From contig JAWAZL010000003.1 of NCBI GenBank assembly GCA_038817485.1, positions 28,479 to 92,478 on the forward strand: a stretch of 64,000 bases of DNA, given 5' to 3'. The notes under the pieces are model-generated. The model made no database searches and was not told where the DNA came from. It saw only the letters and a program-made list of their open reading frames with translations. This DNA is from Nitrososphaerota archaeon. GTDB lineage: Archaea; Thermoproteota; Nitrososphaeria_A; Caldarchaeales; JAVZCJ01. Positions 19,647-29,900 of the stretch are shown here, in pieces. Each line of letters begins with the position of its first letter. Within the stretch, counting starts at the first letter, position 1. The position numbers and the translations under genes are program-made.

Positions 19647-20774
19647 ATGAATTTAATAGAAAACCTTAAAACAAAATACTCTTATTTAATTTGCTTTATT
19701 GCTGCTTCTTCATGGTCTTTACTTATACCAGTTATACCAATTTATGTACTTTTTTTAGGTGCTTCTCAATTTGAAATAGGACTTTTAGGTGGTTTTGACT
19801 CTATTGCTTATGTATTTGCATCTCTTTTAAGTATTTTTATTTCAAGATACATTAGCTTAAAAAAAATATTAATTTTATCAATATTTTTATCTGGTTTTTC
19901 ATGCATATTATTTACTTTTATTAAAAATCCTTTTGAAGCAATATTAATAATTATTTTAAGAGGTTTTTCAGCAGGATTTTTTTGGCCTATAATTGAAGCA
20001 TTACTATCTAAAGATTTTAAAATTGAAGAAAAGAAAACTATTTCAAAATTTACACTTTCGTGGAGTATTGGAGCAATTTTTGGAAGTTCTCTTTCAGGTC
20101 CTTTAATGGAATTTTTAAATTTAAAACAAATATTTTATTTAACTGGTTTTCCTTTTATTTTCTTATCACTAATATCAATTTTTTTAATTAAAGAAGAAAG
20201 AAAAGAAATCAAAGAAAGAGATATTGTAGAATATAAAGAAATTTTTAAGCTTAAGGATGCATGGCTTTTATCATTAATATATGGTTTTCTTTTAGGAATA
20301 ATTTTTTATCTTTTTCCAGCTTACATAGAAATTATTGGTTTTTCACAAATATTCATAGGAGCTACTGTTTTCTCATTTTTCATTTTTAGAGCATTATTTT
20401 TTTGGATTTATCAAAAAATTTTCATGAAATATGCAACTGAAATTGGACTTGTTTTATGTGGATTAGGTTTTTTGAATATTTTTCTAATAAAAAATCCAAT
20501 TTTAATTATTTTAGGAAATTCTCTTATTGGAATTGGCACAAGTATAATATATTCTATAAGTTTAAAAATGGTTTTTTCTAATATAAAAAATGAAGCTACT
20601 ATTTTAACTGGTTTTTTTGAAGCAATTTTAGCTATAGGTTTTCTTTTAGGCCCTTTAATTGGAGGATTGTTAGCTGAAAAAAAATTAGTTTATCCATACT
20701 TAATGGGCTTTTTAATTTCTATTTTCTCAATCATTTTATTAAACATGAGGCGAATAAATTGGCTAGGAAAATAA
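19647..20774 (+). CDS. MFS-type transporter
   Basis: About 12 predicted TM segments with paired six-helix halves. Confidence 0.65.
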   Translation: MNLIENLKTKYSYLICFIAASSWSLLIPVIPIYVLFLGASQFEIGLLGGFDSIAYVFASLLSIFISRYISLKKILILSIFLSGFSCILFTFIKNPFEAILIIILRGFSAGFFWPIIEALLSKDFKIEEKKTISKFTLSWSIGAIFGSSLSGPLMEFLNLKQIFYLTGFPFIFLSLISIFLIKEERKEIKERDIVEYKEIFKLKDAWLLSLIYGFLLGIIFYLFPAYIEIIGFSQIFIGATVFSFFIFRALFFWIYQKIFMKYATEIGLVLCGLGFLNIFLIKNPILIILGNSLIGIGTSIIYSISLKMVFSNIKNEATILTGFFEAILAIGFLLGPLIGGLLAEKKLVYPYLMGFLISIFSIILLNMRRINWLGK

Positions 20775-22246
20775 GACTTCGATATACAGGTTTAATTGCA
20801 TTTTCTTCAAGAATTTTCAGTATTTTTACTGGATTAATATTTATTACAACTGTTACACGAAATGTTCCAGTTTATGATTTTGGTATTTGGCAATATATTT
20901 CACAATTAATATCATATTTCTTATTTCCATTATGTATTATAAGCTATTGGTCTACAAGATACATTGCTAGAAATATAAAAGTAGGAAAAACAAGTTTATT
21001 ATTAACTAGCTTATTTTCTATGATAGCTTTTATTTTTTTCTTAATCATTTCTCCATATGTTGCAAAAGGTGTTAATGCAGATATAGCTTTTTTTATATTA
21101 GGTAGTTTAATACTTGTTTTTTTATCTTTAATAAACGGTCTTGAATCTATCGCTCATGGATATAAACCTCATGTCCCATCATATGGATTCATAATTTTTG
21201 AAATAATAAAAGTGATCTTAGGAATAATCACAGTATTTTATATGAGAACTGGCCTTTATGGAGCTTTAACATCTCTTTTAATTGCATATGTAGCACAATC
21301 AATTTTCCTTTTAATAGTTTTAAAAGATGAAATCCATGGAAATTTTAATTTAGAAATAACTAAAAAATGGTTTAAAATGGGATGGGTTCCATTCTATAAT
21401 AATTTTTCAGGTTTTCTTACAAGTTTAGATATTTTAATAGTAACATTATTAACTTCATCTTCTGAACCAATAGCTTTTTGGAAAGCTGCTACTACAGTTG
21501 CAATAGTTATTGGTTATTCTAATTCATTAGCTTTAGCATTATATCCAAAGCTTTTATCTGGTGGAAGTGGAAAAGATATTGAAAATTCATTTAAATTAGT
21601 TTTAATGTTTTCTATACCACTTACAATTGGAGCAATTATTTTAGCTGAACCTTTACTTAGAATACTTAGAAGTGAATATGTTTTAGCAGCAAACATATTA
21701 AGAATATGCTCAATAAGTTTTCTTATAGGAAGCTTAAGAAGTATTATTGATAGTGTAATAGTAGGAACAGAATCTATAGATATTAATGAAAATATTACTT
21801 TTAAAAAACTTCTTAGAAGTAAATTATTCTTATTACCTTCATTAACATATATTTCAAATATCTTTTATCTTCCTTTAACATACTTTATTACTAATTATCT
21901 TTTGAGGGACAATTCGCAACAATCATTTATTAATATACCCTTATATATTAATGTAGTAGGATTGATTATCAATATAGCAATTTTTATCTATACTTTTAAT
22001 TTATCTAAAAAAATTATTTCATATAATTTTCCAATAAAAAATGTTTTAAGGTATATTTTTTCAGTTATAATAATGTCTTTAATAATCATTCTATTTTATC
22101 CAAAAACTTTTAGAGAAACAATTTTATTAGTAGGTTTTGGAGCAATGATATATTTTTCAATATTGCTATTAATAGATGAAGAAACAAGGCAACTTCTTAA
22201 AAATAGTTTAAAAATGTTAAGAATGGAAAATTTAACAAAATTATAA
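20759..22246 (+). CDS. Polysaccharide/oligosaccharide flippase-like multi-TM protein (Wzx/MATE-like)
   Basis: 495 aa and highly hydrophobic, about 12-14 TM segments. The start codon is uncertain; the ORF-track start is TTG. Confidence 0.5.
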   Translation: MARKIRLRYTGLIAFSSRIFSIFTGLIFITTVTRNVPVYDFGIWQYISQLISYFLFPLCIISYWSTRYIARNIKVGKTSLLLTSLFSMIAFIFFLIISPYVAKGVNADIAFFILGSLILVFLSLINGLESIAHGYKPHVPSYGFIIFEIIKVILGIITVFYMRTGLYGALTSLLIAYVAQSIFLLIVLKDEIHGNFNLEITKKWFKMGWVPFYNNFSGFLTSLDILIVTLLTSSSEPIAFWKAATTVAIVIGYSNSLALALYPKLLSGGSGKDIENSFKLVLMFSIPLTIGAIILAEPLLRILRSEYVLAANILRICSISFLIGSLRSIIDSVIVGTESIDINENITFKKLLRSKLFLLPSLTYISNIFYLPLTYFITNYLLRDNSQQSFINIPLYINVVGLIINIAIFIYTFNLSKKIISYNFPIKNVLRYIFSVIIMSLIIILFYPKTFRETILLVGFGAMIYFSILLLIDEETRQLLKNSLKMLRMENLTKL

Positions 22247-23410
22247 AATTTTAGAAATTCTTTCGCATGCTTCTTCTATTTCGTTTATAGATATAGTTAA
22301 AGAAAATCTTACATAATTTTCCCCATATTTCCCAAATCCTATTCCAGGTGTTACTACCACTCCTACATTAAGAAGTTTTTCTGCAAATGATAATGAATCG
22401 CATCCACATTTTAGCCATAAATAAAAAGTAGCTTTTGGAGGATTTATTTTAAAACCTAATGAATTTAATTTTTTAATTAAAAAATCTCTTCTTTCTTTAT
22501 ATATACTAAGATTTTCTTTTAAAAAATCTGGAGGCGTATCGTCTTTATAGCTTTCTAATGCTTTTATAGCTACTTTTTGAATATATTTTGGAGGGCCTGA
22601 ATCTATTTGAGATTTTACTTTTCTTAATCCTTCTATTATTTTTTCATTTCCAACAGCAAAAGCAATTCTATCTCCAGTCATATTGAATGTTTTTGAAAGT
22701 GAATGAAATTCTATCGCAATTTCTTTAGCATTTTCAATTTCTAAAATACTAGGAGCTTTATATCCATCAAAAGTTATTTCAGAATATGCATTATCATAGC
22801 ATAAAATAATATTTTTCTCGATTGCAAATTCTACTATTTCTTTAAGAAATTTTTTATCTATAATTGCAGAAGTTGGATTATTAGGATAATTTAAAAACAT
22901 CATTTTAGCATTTTCTACATTAATATTCCATATATCTGGTTTAAATTCATTTTCTTCAAGTAAAGGTATTATAACAGGAATTCCATCACATAATATTGTA
23001 CTTCCTTGAGAATAAACTGGGTATGCAGGATCAGGAACTAAAACTTTGTCTCCTGGATTTATAAAAGCTCTAGAAATATTCGCTATTCCTTCTTTAGAAC
23101 CAATTAATGCAATAATTTCTTTTTCTGGATTTAAATCAACTTTAAATCTTTTTTTATACCAATTTGCTATTGCTTCTCTAAAATCTTTTTCTCCTTGACT
23201 AAATGAATATTTATGATTTTCTGGTTTAGATATTTCTTCTTTAAGAGCTTCTAATATAAAATTTGGTGGAGAGAGATCTGGATCTCCTATGCTTAAAGAA
23301 ATAATTTTTATTCCTTTATTTTTCTTTTCTAAAATAATTTTTTCTAATTCAGCAAATATGTATGGTGGAAGTTTCTTAATTCTATTAGCATATTCTATAT
23401 TCATTTTCAT
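22241..23410 (-). CDS. dapL: Class I/II PLP aminotransferase, probable LL-diaminopimelate aminotransferase (DapL)
   Basis: Lysine-containing motif SLSKTFNMTGDRIAF. It is the last gene of a dapA-dapB-lysC-lysA-dapF operon lacking dapD/dapE. Confidence 0.6.
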   Translation of the reverse strand: MKMNIEYANRIKKLPPYIFAELEKIILEKKNKGIKIISLSIGDPDLSPPNFILEALKEEISKPENHKYSFSQGEKDFREAIANWYKKRFKVDLNPEKEIIALIGSKEGIANISRAFINPGDKVLVPDPAYPVYSQGSTILCDGIPVIIPLLEENEFKPDIWNINVENAKMMFLNYPNNPTSAIIDKKFLKEIVEFAIEKNIILCYDNAYSEITFDGYKAPSILEIENAKEIAIEFHSLSKTFNMTGDRIAFAVGNEKIIEGLRKVKSQIDSGPPKYIQKVAIKALESYKDDTPPDFLKENLSIYKERRDFLIKKLNSLGFKINPPKATFYLWLKCGCDSLSFAEKLLNVGVVVTPGIGFGKYGENYVRFSLTISINEIEEACERISKIL

Positions 23411-24247
23411 TCACCATTCAAAAAAGCCTTCAAAAACTTTTTCAACTGGACCACTCATGAATACATTTTCATTATATTCTATTTCTAAATCTCCTCCTAT
23501 TAAATGAACTATTGCTTTATTATTAATTTTACCTAATATCCTTCCAGCTATTACACTTGCACATGCACCCGTGCCACATGCATATGTTTCTCCACATCCT
23601 CTTTCCCATACACGGACAAGCAATTCATTTTTATTTAATACTTGTACGAATTCAACATTAATTCTATTTGGAAAAATTTTATGATTTTCAATTTTTGGAC
23701 CTATTTTCTCTATAGGAAAATCTTTTACATTGCCAACAAATATTACACAATGCGGATTTCCAATAGATAAACAAGTTATTCTAAATTTTTCTCCATCAAT
23801 TTCAAATTCTTCATTTATGCATAATCCTTCTCCAAGCATAGGGATTTTTGATTTTTCAAAAATTGGCTTACCCATATTTACTTTAACTTTTGTAACTTTT
23901 TCATTTTCTATTGTTAACCATGTTTTCTTTATTCCAGATAAAGTTTCTATATTCATTTCTTTTTTATCAACAATTTTTTTCTCATAACAATATTTCGCTA
24001 CACATCTAATACCATTCCCACACATTTCAGCTTCACTGCCATCAGAATTAAAAATTCTCATTTTAATATCAGCAATATTAGAATCATATAATAAAAGCAA
24101 ACCATCTGCTCCAATTGAAAATCTTCTTCTACAAATTTTTCTAGCTAATTCTGAAATTTCACTTTCTTTAATTATTTCATTTCTATTATCTATTACAATA
24201 TAATCATTCCCAAGACCATGCATTTTCCAAAAATCTATTTTAACCAT
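23411..24247 (-). CDS. dapF: Diaminopimelate epimerase
   Basis: Active-site region EMCGNGIRC and C-terminal GTGACA. Confidence 0.85.
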   Translation of the reverse strand: MVKIDFWKMHGLGNDYIVIDNRNEIIKESEISELARKICRRRFSIGADGLLLLYDSNIADIKMRIFNSDGSEAEMCGNGIRCVAKYCYEKKIVDKKEMNIETLSGIKKTWLTIENEKVTKVKVNMGKPIFEKSKIPMLGEGLCINEEFEIDGEKFRITCLSIGNPHCVIFVGNVKDFPIEKIGPKIENHKIFPNRINVEFVQVLNKNELLVRVWERGCGETYACGTGACASVIAGRILGKINNKAIVHLIGGDLEIEYNENVFMSGPVEKVFEGFFEW

Positions 24248-25518
24248 TCTGCAACACTTTGTCCATTCAATAAATCTTCAAAATTTTCTCTCTTCCTAAT
24301 TAATTCATATTTTCCATTTTTCACTAATACTTCTGCTGCTCTTGGTCTAGAATTATATTGCGAACTCATGGAATAGCCATATGCTCCTACATTAAGTATT
24401 GCAATTAAATCCCCTTCTTCAATCATTGGAAGTTTTCTATTTTTAGCTAATATATCTCCAGATTCACATATAGGACCAACAATATCATATACTTTTTCTT
24501 CTTTTAAATTCATTTTATTAGCAACAATTATATGATGATATGAACCATACATGACTGGTCTGATTAAAGTATTAAAACCAGCATCAACTCCAATAAATGT
24601 TTTATATTTCGTATGTTTAACCGTATTTACAGTTGTTAAAAGGATTCCAGCATCACAAACAATATATCTTCCAGGCTCTATGCAAAAAATAGGTTCTCCT
24701 AAATTATATTTTTTAATTCTATCTTTAAATAATGATAAAATTTTTTTAGAGAAATTTTTTATATTCAATTCTTTCTCGTTTGGCCTATAAGGTACTCCTA
24801 AACCTCCACCAATATTAATAAATTCAAAATCAATTTTTATTTTCTCATGAATTTTTTTAGCTATTTTTAAAAATTTCTCAATTGCTAAAATATATGGTTT
24901 AATTGAAAGTATTCCAGAACCAATATGCATATGTATTCCAAATTTTTCTACACCAAATTTTTTTGCAATATCATATGCTTTTAAAGCATCTTCTTCAAAT
25001 AAACCAAATTTAGAATTTTTACCAGCAGTAATACAATGATAATGATGTCCAGCTCCTATTTCTGGATTTATTCTTATAGATAATATTTTAGGAATATTAA
25101 TTTTAAGCAATCTATTCAATTGAGAAATAGAATCTATATTAATAGTTATATTTTTACTTAATAAAAATTCCAATTCATCATTTCTAACACTTGTTCCTGT
25201 AAATAATATTTTTTCAGAATTAAAGCCTGCTTTAAGAGCTAAAAATACTTCCCCAGGACTAACAGTATCTACATACGCTCCTTCATTTTCTAATATTTTC
25301 AATATAGATATATTTGTATTTGCTTTAGCAGAATAGTATATTCTAATTTTTTCATAATTTTCAATTAATGCATTATATATTCTTCTATAATTTTCTCTAA
25401 TTCTTGTTTCACTAATCACATATAATGGAGTATCAAATTTTTTAGCTAATTCTATAGTTGAAACATTTTCTATATATAATTCTCCATTTTTATTTTCTAA
25501 TATTTCTTTAGGAAACAT
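24235..25518 (-). CDS. lysA: Diaminopimelate decarboxylase
   Basis: Fold-III PLP decarboxylase: YSAKANTN (PLP lysine), GGGLGVPY, CESGD. Confidence 0.85.
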   Translation of the reverse strand: MFPKEILENKNGELYIENVSTIELAKKFDTPLYVISETRIRENYRRIYNALIENYEKIRIYYSAKANTNISILKILENEGAYVDTVSPGEVFLALKAGFNSEKILFTGTSVRNDELEFLLSKNITINIDSISQLNRLLKINIPKILSIRINPEIGAGHHYHCITAGKNSKFGLFEEDALKAYDIAKKFGVEKFGIHMHIGSGILSIKPYILAIEKFLKIAKKIHEKIKIDFEFINIGGGLGVPYRPNEKELNIKNFSKKILSLFKDRIKKYNLGEPIFCIEPGRYIVCDAGILLTTVNTVKHTKYKTFIGVDAGFNTLIRPVMYGSYHHIIVANKMNLKEEKVYDIVGPICESGDILAKNRKLPMIEEGDLIAILNVGAYGYSMSSQYNSRPRAAEVLVKNGKYELIRKRENFEDLLNGQSVAEWLK

Positions 25519-25532
25519 TTTATCTCTTTTTC

Positions 25533-26717
25533 TTAATTAGAAATTAAAGATTTTTTTATTAATTCTATAGCTTCTTCAATTTTATCTTCATCTATAAAAA
25601 CATTTATTGCAGCTTTACTAGTTGTAACTTCAATAATATTAATATTTTTTGAAGCTAAAGCTTCAGCAATTCTAGCAACCCAACCAGGAGATTCAATAAA
25701 TATTGGATTAATTATTTGTATCATTCCAATTTTCTCTTTATAACTTATAGCTTTAAAAGAGCTAAAATCATGCAATTCTTTAATTTTTTTATTTAAATCA
25801 TTTATTTCAGTAAATATTGTAATTGAATTTTTTCCAGTACTTATTCCATGTATAGGATTTTCATTTAAAATTGAAAAAATTTTACATAAATTTTCTGAAT
25901 TTATTTCGCATATTATATTTATTGCAATTAATTTTTTATTCATAATTATTTCAAAAGAATCTGGATTAAAAACTCCAATTATTTCAGTCCCTCCTTTAGA
26001 AAAATCATTAGAAGAAGAACTTACTATTCTAATTTTTTGATTTGGAAGTTTATATTTTAATGCTTCAGCTCTTATTATTTTTGCTCCACCATGTGCAAGA
26101 GAGAAAAATTCATGAATATCGATTTTATCTATTGGTCTTGCATTAGGTAGAATTTTAGGATCTGTTGAAAAAACTCCTTCAATATCTTTAACAAGAATTA
26201 CTTCATTAGCTTCTAAACAATTTCCTAAAAGAAGAGCTGTTATATCACTTCCTCCTCTTCCAAGAGTAGTTATATTTCCATTAATATCTTTTCCTAAAAA
26301 TCCACAAATAACTGGAATTGTTTTTCCTAAAATCGGTTCTAAATATTTTTTAATTAAAATTTTTGTTTTTTCAATATCGATATTTGCGTTTTTAAAATTG
26401 GAATCTGTTATTATTGGCCAATTATCTTGTGAAGGTTCTAAGAAAATGGATTTTTTTCCAAGAAAATTTAAAGCGGATGAGAAAAACCTTGCACTAATCC
26501 TTTCACCCATAGATACTATTTCAGCATAATCTTTATCGTCAATTTTTCCTATTTCGGAAATTGTTTCAATCAATTTATTAGTTGTATCACCCATTGCAGA
26601 AACAACTATAACTATTTCTTCATAAGGAAGATTTACTATTTTTTCAGCAGCTTCCTTAATTTTTTTACCATTTGATAAACTTGCTCCACCAAATTTAATA
26701 ATTACTCTATTTTTCAT
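25533..26717 (-). CDS. lysC: Aspartate kinase
   Basis: VIIKFGGASL N-terminus, SAMGDTTN, and C-terminal ACT-like region. Confidence 0.85.
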   Translation of the reverse strand: MKNRVIIKFGGASLSNGKKIKEAAEKIVNLPYEEIVIVVSAMGDTTNKLIETISEIGKIDDKDYAEIVSMGERISARFFSSALNFLGKKSIFLEPSQDNWPIITDSNFKNANIDIEKTKILIKKYLEPILGKTIPVICGFLGKDINGNITTLGRGGSDITALLLGNCLEANEVILVKDIEGVFSTDPKILPNARPIDKIDIHEFFSLAHGGAKIIRAEALKYKLPNQKIRIVSSSSNDFSKGGTEIIGVFNPDSFEIIMNKKLIAINIICEINSENLCKIFSILNENPIHGISTGKNSITIFTEINDLNKKIKELHDFSSFKAISYKEKIGMIQIINPIFIESPGWVARIAEALASKNINIIEVTTSKAAINVFIDEDKIEEAIELIKKSLISN

Positions 26718-26723
26718 AATTTA

Positions 26724-27518
26724 TCAATATTTTAAAACATCTTCCATGGTATATATTCCAGGTATTGATTGATTGTATATCCATTTAACAGCATATAATG
26801 CACCTTGAGCAAAAACATTCCTTGAAAAAGCAGTATGTTCTATTTTTATCATTTCATATTGACCAGCTATTATTATATCATGAATTCCTGGTATCCCTCC
26901 AACTCTTAATGAAGAAATTTCAATTTCTCCATTTTTTCTAGGACTATATCCTTCTCTACCATAAATAATTTTATCATATCCTTTTATATCTGAAATTATT
27001 TTACATATTTTTTTAGCTGTTCCACTTGGAGCATCTTTTTTCCCAGTATGATGAATTTCAATAATACTTACATCATATCCTTTAGGAAATAAAGCTATAT
27101 TTGAAATAATTTTATAAAGAATGTTTACTCCAATAGAGAAATTTGGAGAAAAAATTGCTGGAACTTTATTAGCAATTTTATTTTTTATTTCTTTAAATTG
27201 CTCTTCTGTAAAACCTGTTGTTCCTACAACAATTTTTTTATTAAGATTTGCAACAATTGGAATATTTAACATTTCTGCTTCTGGATTTGTAAAAGAAACA
27301 TATACATCTGCATTTTTAACAGCTTCTTCTAAATTTTCTGGACTAAGCAATTTAACATTAGAATCGCATAAACCAATTTCTCTTAAAGTTTTCCCTATAT
27401 TTGGATTTTTAGAAGAGGAAACTGCACCAACTATTTCAAAATCTTCATTGATTGCTTCTTTAATAAGAGTACTTCCCATTCTACCAGTAGCGCCAGCAAC
27501 ACATATTTTAATCTTCAT
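26724..27518 (-). CDS. dapB: 4-hydroxy-tetrahydrodipicolinate reductase
   Basis: CVAGATGRMGS NAD-binding motif. The start at MKIKICV (27518) overlaps dapA by only 11 nt. Confidence 0.85.
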   Translation of the reverse strand: MKIKICVAGATGRMGSTLIKEAINEDFEIVGAVSSSKNPNIGKTLREIGLCDSNVKLLSPENLEEAVKNADVYVSFTNPEAEMLNIPIVANLNKKIVVGTTGFTEEQFKEIKNKIANKVPAIFSPNFSIGVNILYKIISNIALFPKGYDVSIIEIHHTGKKDAPSGTAKKICKIISDIKGYDKIIYGREGYSPRKNGEIEISSLRVGGIPGIHDIIIAGQYEMIKIEHTAFSRNVFAQGALYAVKWIYNQSIPGIYTMEDVLKY

Positions 27519-28548
27519 AATATAGACCACGCAAAAATTCTTTATTATAAAGTCTTTCACTTAAATCTACATCAAAGAAATCTTCAATTGGTTTTAAAAT
27601 TTCAGGATTATTTTCATATACTTTCCTTACTTCCATTAACATTTTTTCTATTCCATTTTTAGTCATTTTTCCAAGAGGTGGCCTACAAGGTCCTGATGGC
27701 ATACCTAAAATATTCATTAAAGTTTTATATGGTAAAGGATTTCTAGCTTTACAAACTATTGAGCCGAAAGGCGTATCTTCATTTGTTTTTACAGTAACTA
27801 TTGAAAATAATGGTTTAAGAGCTTCATAAAGTTTAGAAGCTTCATTAATATTTCCATTAAGAATTTTTACAGTCATTTCTTGAACAGCTTTAGGTGCAAT
27901 ATTTGATGTAACGGAGATTACTCCACTAGCATTTATATCAGGTGATGTCATCATAGTATATGTCATATCATCATCTCCTGAAAGAATGTCAAAATCTTCT
28001 CCACAAAGCTTTCTTGTTAATTTCATATTTTCTAAATTGCCTGTTGCTTCTTTAACTGCTCTCACATTTTGAAATTTTGAGTGCAATATAGCAAGATCTT
28101 GTGGCAATAATTGAGTACCAGTTCTTCCTGGAATAACATATGGAATAAAGAAAGCATCAGGAAAACTTTTTGCAATAGGTTCAATGTATTCTTTTCTTAT
28201 TTCAATTGAACTTGGACCATTATAATACGGATCAACCAATAGAAAACATTCTATTCCATATTCAAAAGCATGCTTTGTAGCTTCAAAAGCTTCTTTTGTA
28301 GAATTGCTTCCCGTACCTGCAATAGTTAAGCATTTATCATTAGCAAATTCATATACTTTTTCAATAACTTTATTATGTTCTTCCCAATCAAGTGTTGGGC
28401 TTTCTCCAGTTGTTCCTACTGCAAGTATACCACTAACATTATTTTCTACTTGAAATTCAACTAATTTTCTTAATCCTTCATAATCTATTTCAAAATTTTT
28501 CTTCATTGGAGTTATTAAAGCTGTATAACATCCACTAAACAATCTCAT
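27508..28548 (-). CDS. dapA: 4-hydroxy-tetrahydrodipicolinate synthase (DapA family) with C-terminal extension
   Basis: GILAVGTTGESPTL motif; catalytic Lys region. 346 aa. Confidence 0.75.
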   Translation of the reverse strand: MRLFSGCYTALITPMKKNFEIDYEGLRKLVEFQVENNVSGILAVGTTGESPTLDWEEHNKVIEKVYEFANDKCLTIAGTGSNSTKEAFEATKHAFEYGIECFLLVDPYYNGPSSIEIRKEYIEPIAKSFPDAFFIPYVIPGRTGTQLLPQDLAILHSKFQNVRAVKEATGNLENMKLTRKLCGEDFDILSGDDDMTYTMMTSPDINASGVISVTSNIAPKAVQEMTVKILNGNINEASKLYEALKPLFSIVTVKTNEDTPFGSIVCKARNPLPYKTLMNILGMPSGPCRPPLGKMTKNGIEKMLMEVRKVYENNPEILKPIEDFFDVDLSERLYNKEFLRGLYYED

Positions 28549-28616
28549 TTTATCACCCGTATTTTTCCAATTATTTAAATACTTAATGTATATAAATTTT
28601 TCGTTTTTCGTTAAAA

Positions 28617-28635
28617 AATTACGAATTTCGTAATT
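28617..28635. promoter_or_regulatory. Perfect 9-1-9 palindrome AATTACGAA-T-TTCGTAATT in the divergent dapA / lrp intergenic region; candidate Lrp-family operator
   Basis: Read directly from the sequence. It lies between the lysine operon start (28548) and the Lrp/AsnC gene start (28720), close to a TATATAAA element. Confidence 0.45.
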
Positions 28636-28719
28636 GAAAATTTAAAAGAAAAAGCAATATAAGAACTCCCTTTACTTAAAAAATATTTTTATTTCTTTAA
28701 ATAAATTAAATAAAGGAAA

Positions 28720-29112
28720 ATGGATGAAATAGATAATAAAATTCTTGAAATATTAAAAGAGAATCCTAGGGAAAAATATGTAAAAATAGCTAAGAAAATT
28801 GGATTAAGTGAAGGAACTGTTAGAAGAAGAATAAAGAAAATGTTAGAAAATGGAATAATAAAAAGGTTTACAATAGAATTATCTTTAGAAACTGAGGGAA
28901 TAGTATTAGTAAAAACAAATCCTCTCAAAACTAAAGAAATAATAGAAAAAATAAAAAAAGTTTCAGAAAGAATTTTTGAAGTTTCTGGAGATTATGATAT
29001 TGCAGTATTAATTCAAGCAAATACGATAGATGAATTAAATAAAAAAGTTGATTATATAAGAGGAATTTCAGGAGTATTGAATACGAATACTTTAATTAAA
29101 TTAGCTAGTTGA
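28720..29112 (+). CDS. Lrp/AsnC-family transcriptional regulator
   Basis: N-terminal HTH (DNKILEILKENPREKYVKIAKKIGLSEGTVRRRIKKM) plus C-terminal RAM domain; divergent from the lysine operon. Confidence 0.85.
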   Translation: MDEIDNKILEILKENPREKYVKIAKKIGLSEGTVRRRIKKMLENGIIKRFTIELSLETEGIVLVKTNPLKTKEIIEKIKKVSERIFEVSGDYDIAVLIQANTIDELNKKVDYIRGISGVLNTNTLIKLAS

Positions 29113-29167
29113 TTATAAATAATTAAAAGGAAAAGTTTAATTTAAGAATAAGGAAATTTTTATAAAG

Positions 29168-29893
29168 ATGAAGCCGGTTCATATTTTAGCTAATCCAGAA
29201 GATATTGCAAAAAGAGTAGTTATTGCTGGAGATCCTGCTAGAGTTAAGCAATTAGCTGGAATTCTTAAAGAAGTAAAATTAGTAAATAGCAATAGAGGAT
29301 ATTTAACATATACTGGTTATTATAATTCTAAGCCTATAACTGTAGCAACGCATGGAGTTGGAGCACCTTCAATGGCTATTGTTGTTGAAGAATTAAGAAT
29401 GCTTGGAGCAGAAATAATTGTTAGACTTGGAACTACTGGAGCAATGGTTAAAGAAATAGATATAGGAGATATAATTATTCCTACGGGTGCAGCTTATCCA
29501 TATGGTGGAAATACTACAAGCATGTATTCTCCAAATGGATGCATGGCTGCTGTACCAGATCCATTTCTTCTTAGAAAATTTATGGAAAATTGTGAAAAAT
29601 TTGGGATAAAATATTTTGCTGGACCAATATTTAGTAGCGATGCATTTTATGCTGAAGATCCGACATTTATTGAAAAATGGTCTTCAAAAGGAATAATAGC
29701 AATTGAAATGGAATGCGCAGCTTTATTCATACTTGGTTTAATTAGAAAATTTAAATCAGGAGCAATATTGGTAGCTAGTAATAATTTAATTAAAAATAAA
29801 GAGGAAAAAAAGGAAATAGTTACTGCTGAAGAACTTAAAAAATATGTTGAAAAAGCATTTATGGTAATTCTTGAAACCATTATAAATATTTAA
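29168..29893 (+). CDS. Purine/uridine nucleoside phosphorylase (PNP/UDP family, DeoD/MTAP-like)
   Basis: RVVIAGDPARV start; ATHGVGAPS and IEMECAALF segments. Confidence 0.75.
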   Translation: MKPVHILANPEDIAKRVVIAGDPARVKQLAGILKEVKLVNSNRGYLTYTGYYNSKPITVATHGVGAPSMAIVVEELRMLGAEIIVRLGTTGAMVKEIDIGDIIIPTGAAYPYGGNTTSMYSPNGCMAAVPDPFLLRKFMENCEKFGIKYFAGPIFSSDAFYAEDPTFIEKWSSKGIIAIEMECAALFILGLIRKFKSGAILVASNNLIKNKEEKKEIVTAEELKKYVEKAFMVILETIINI

Positions 29894-29900
29894 TAAAATT

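Noticed and set aside
20759-20774. 16-nt overlap between the MFS transporter and the flippase-like gene as evidence of a fused or frameshifted single gene
   Set aside because: The two are in different frames and each has a complete, distinct multi-TM architecture. The flippase start is uncertain (TTG), so the overlap is probably an artefact of start choice.
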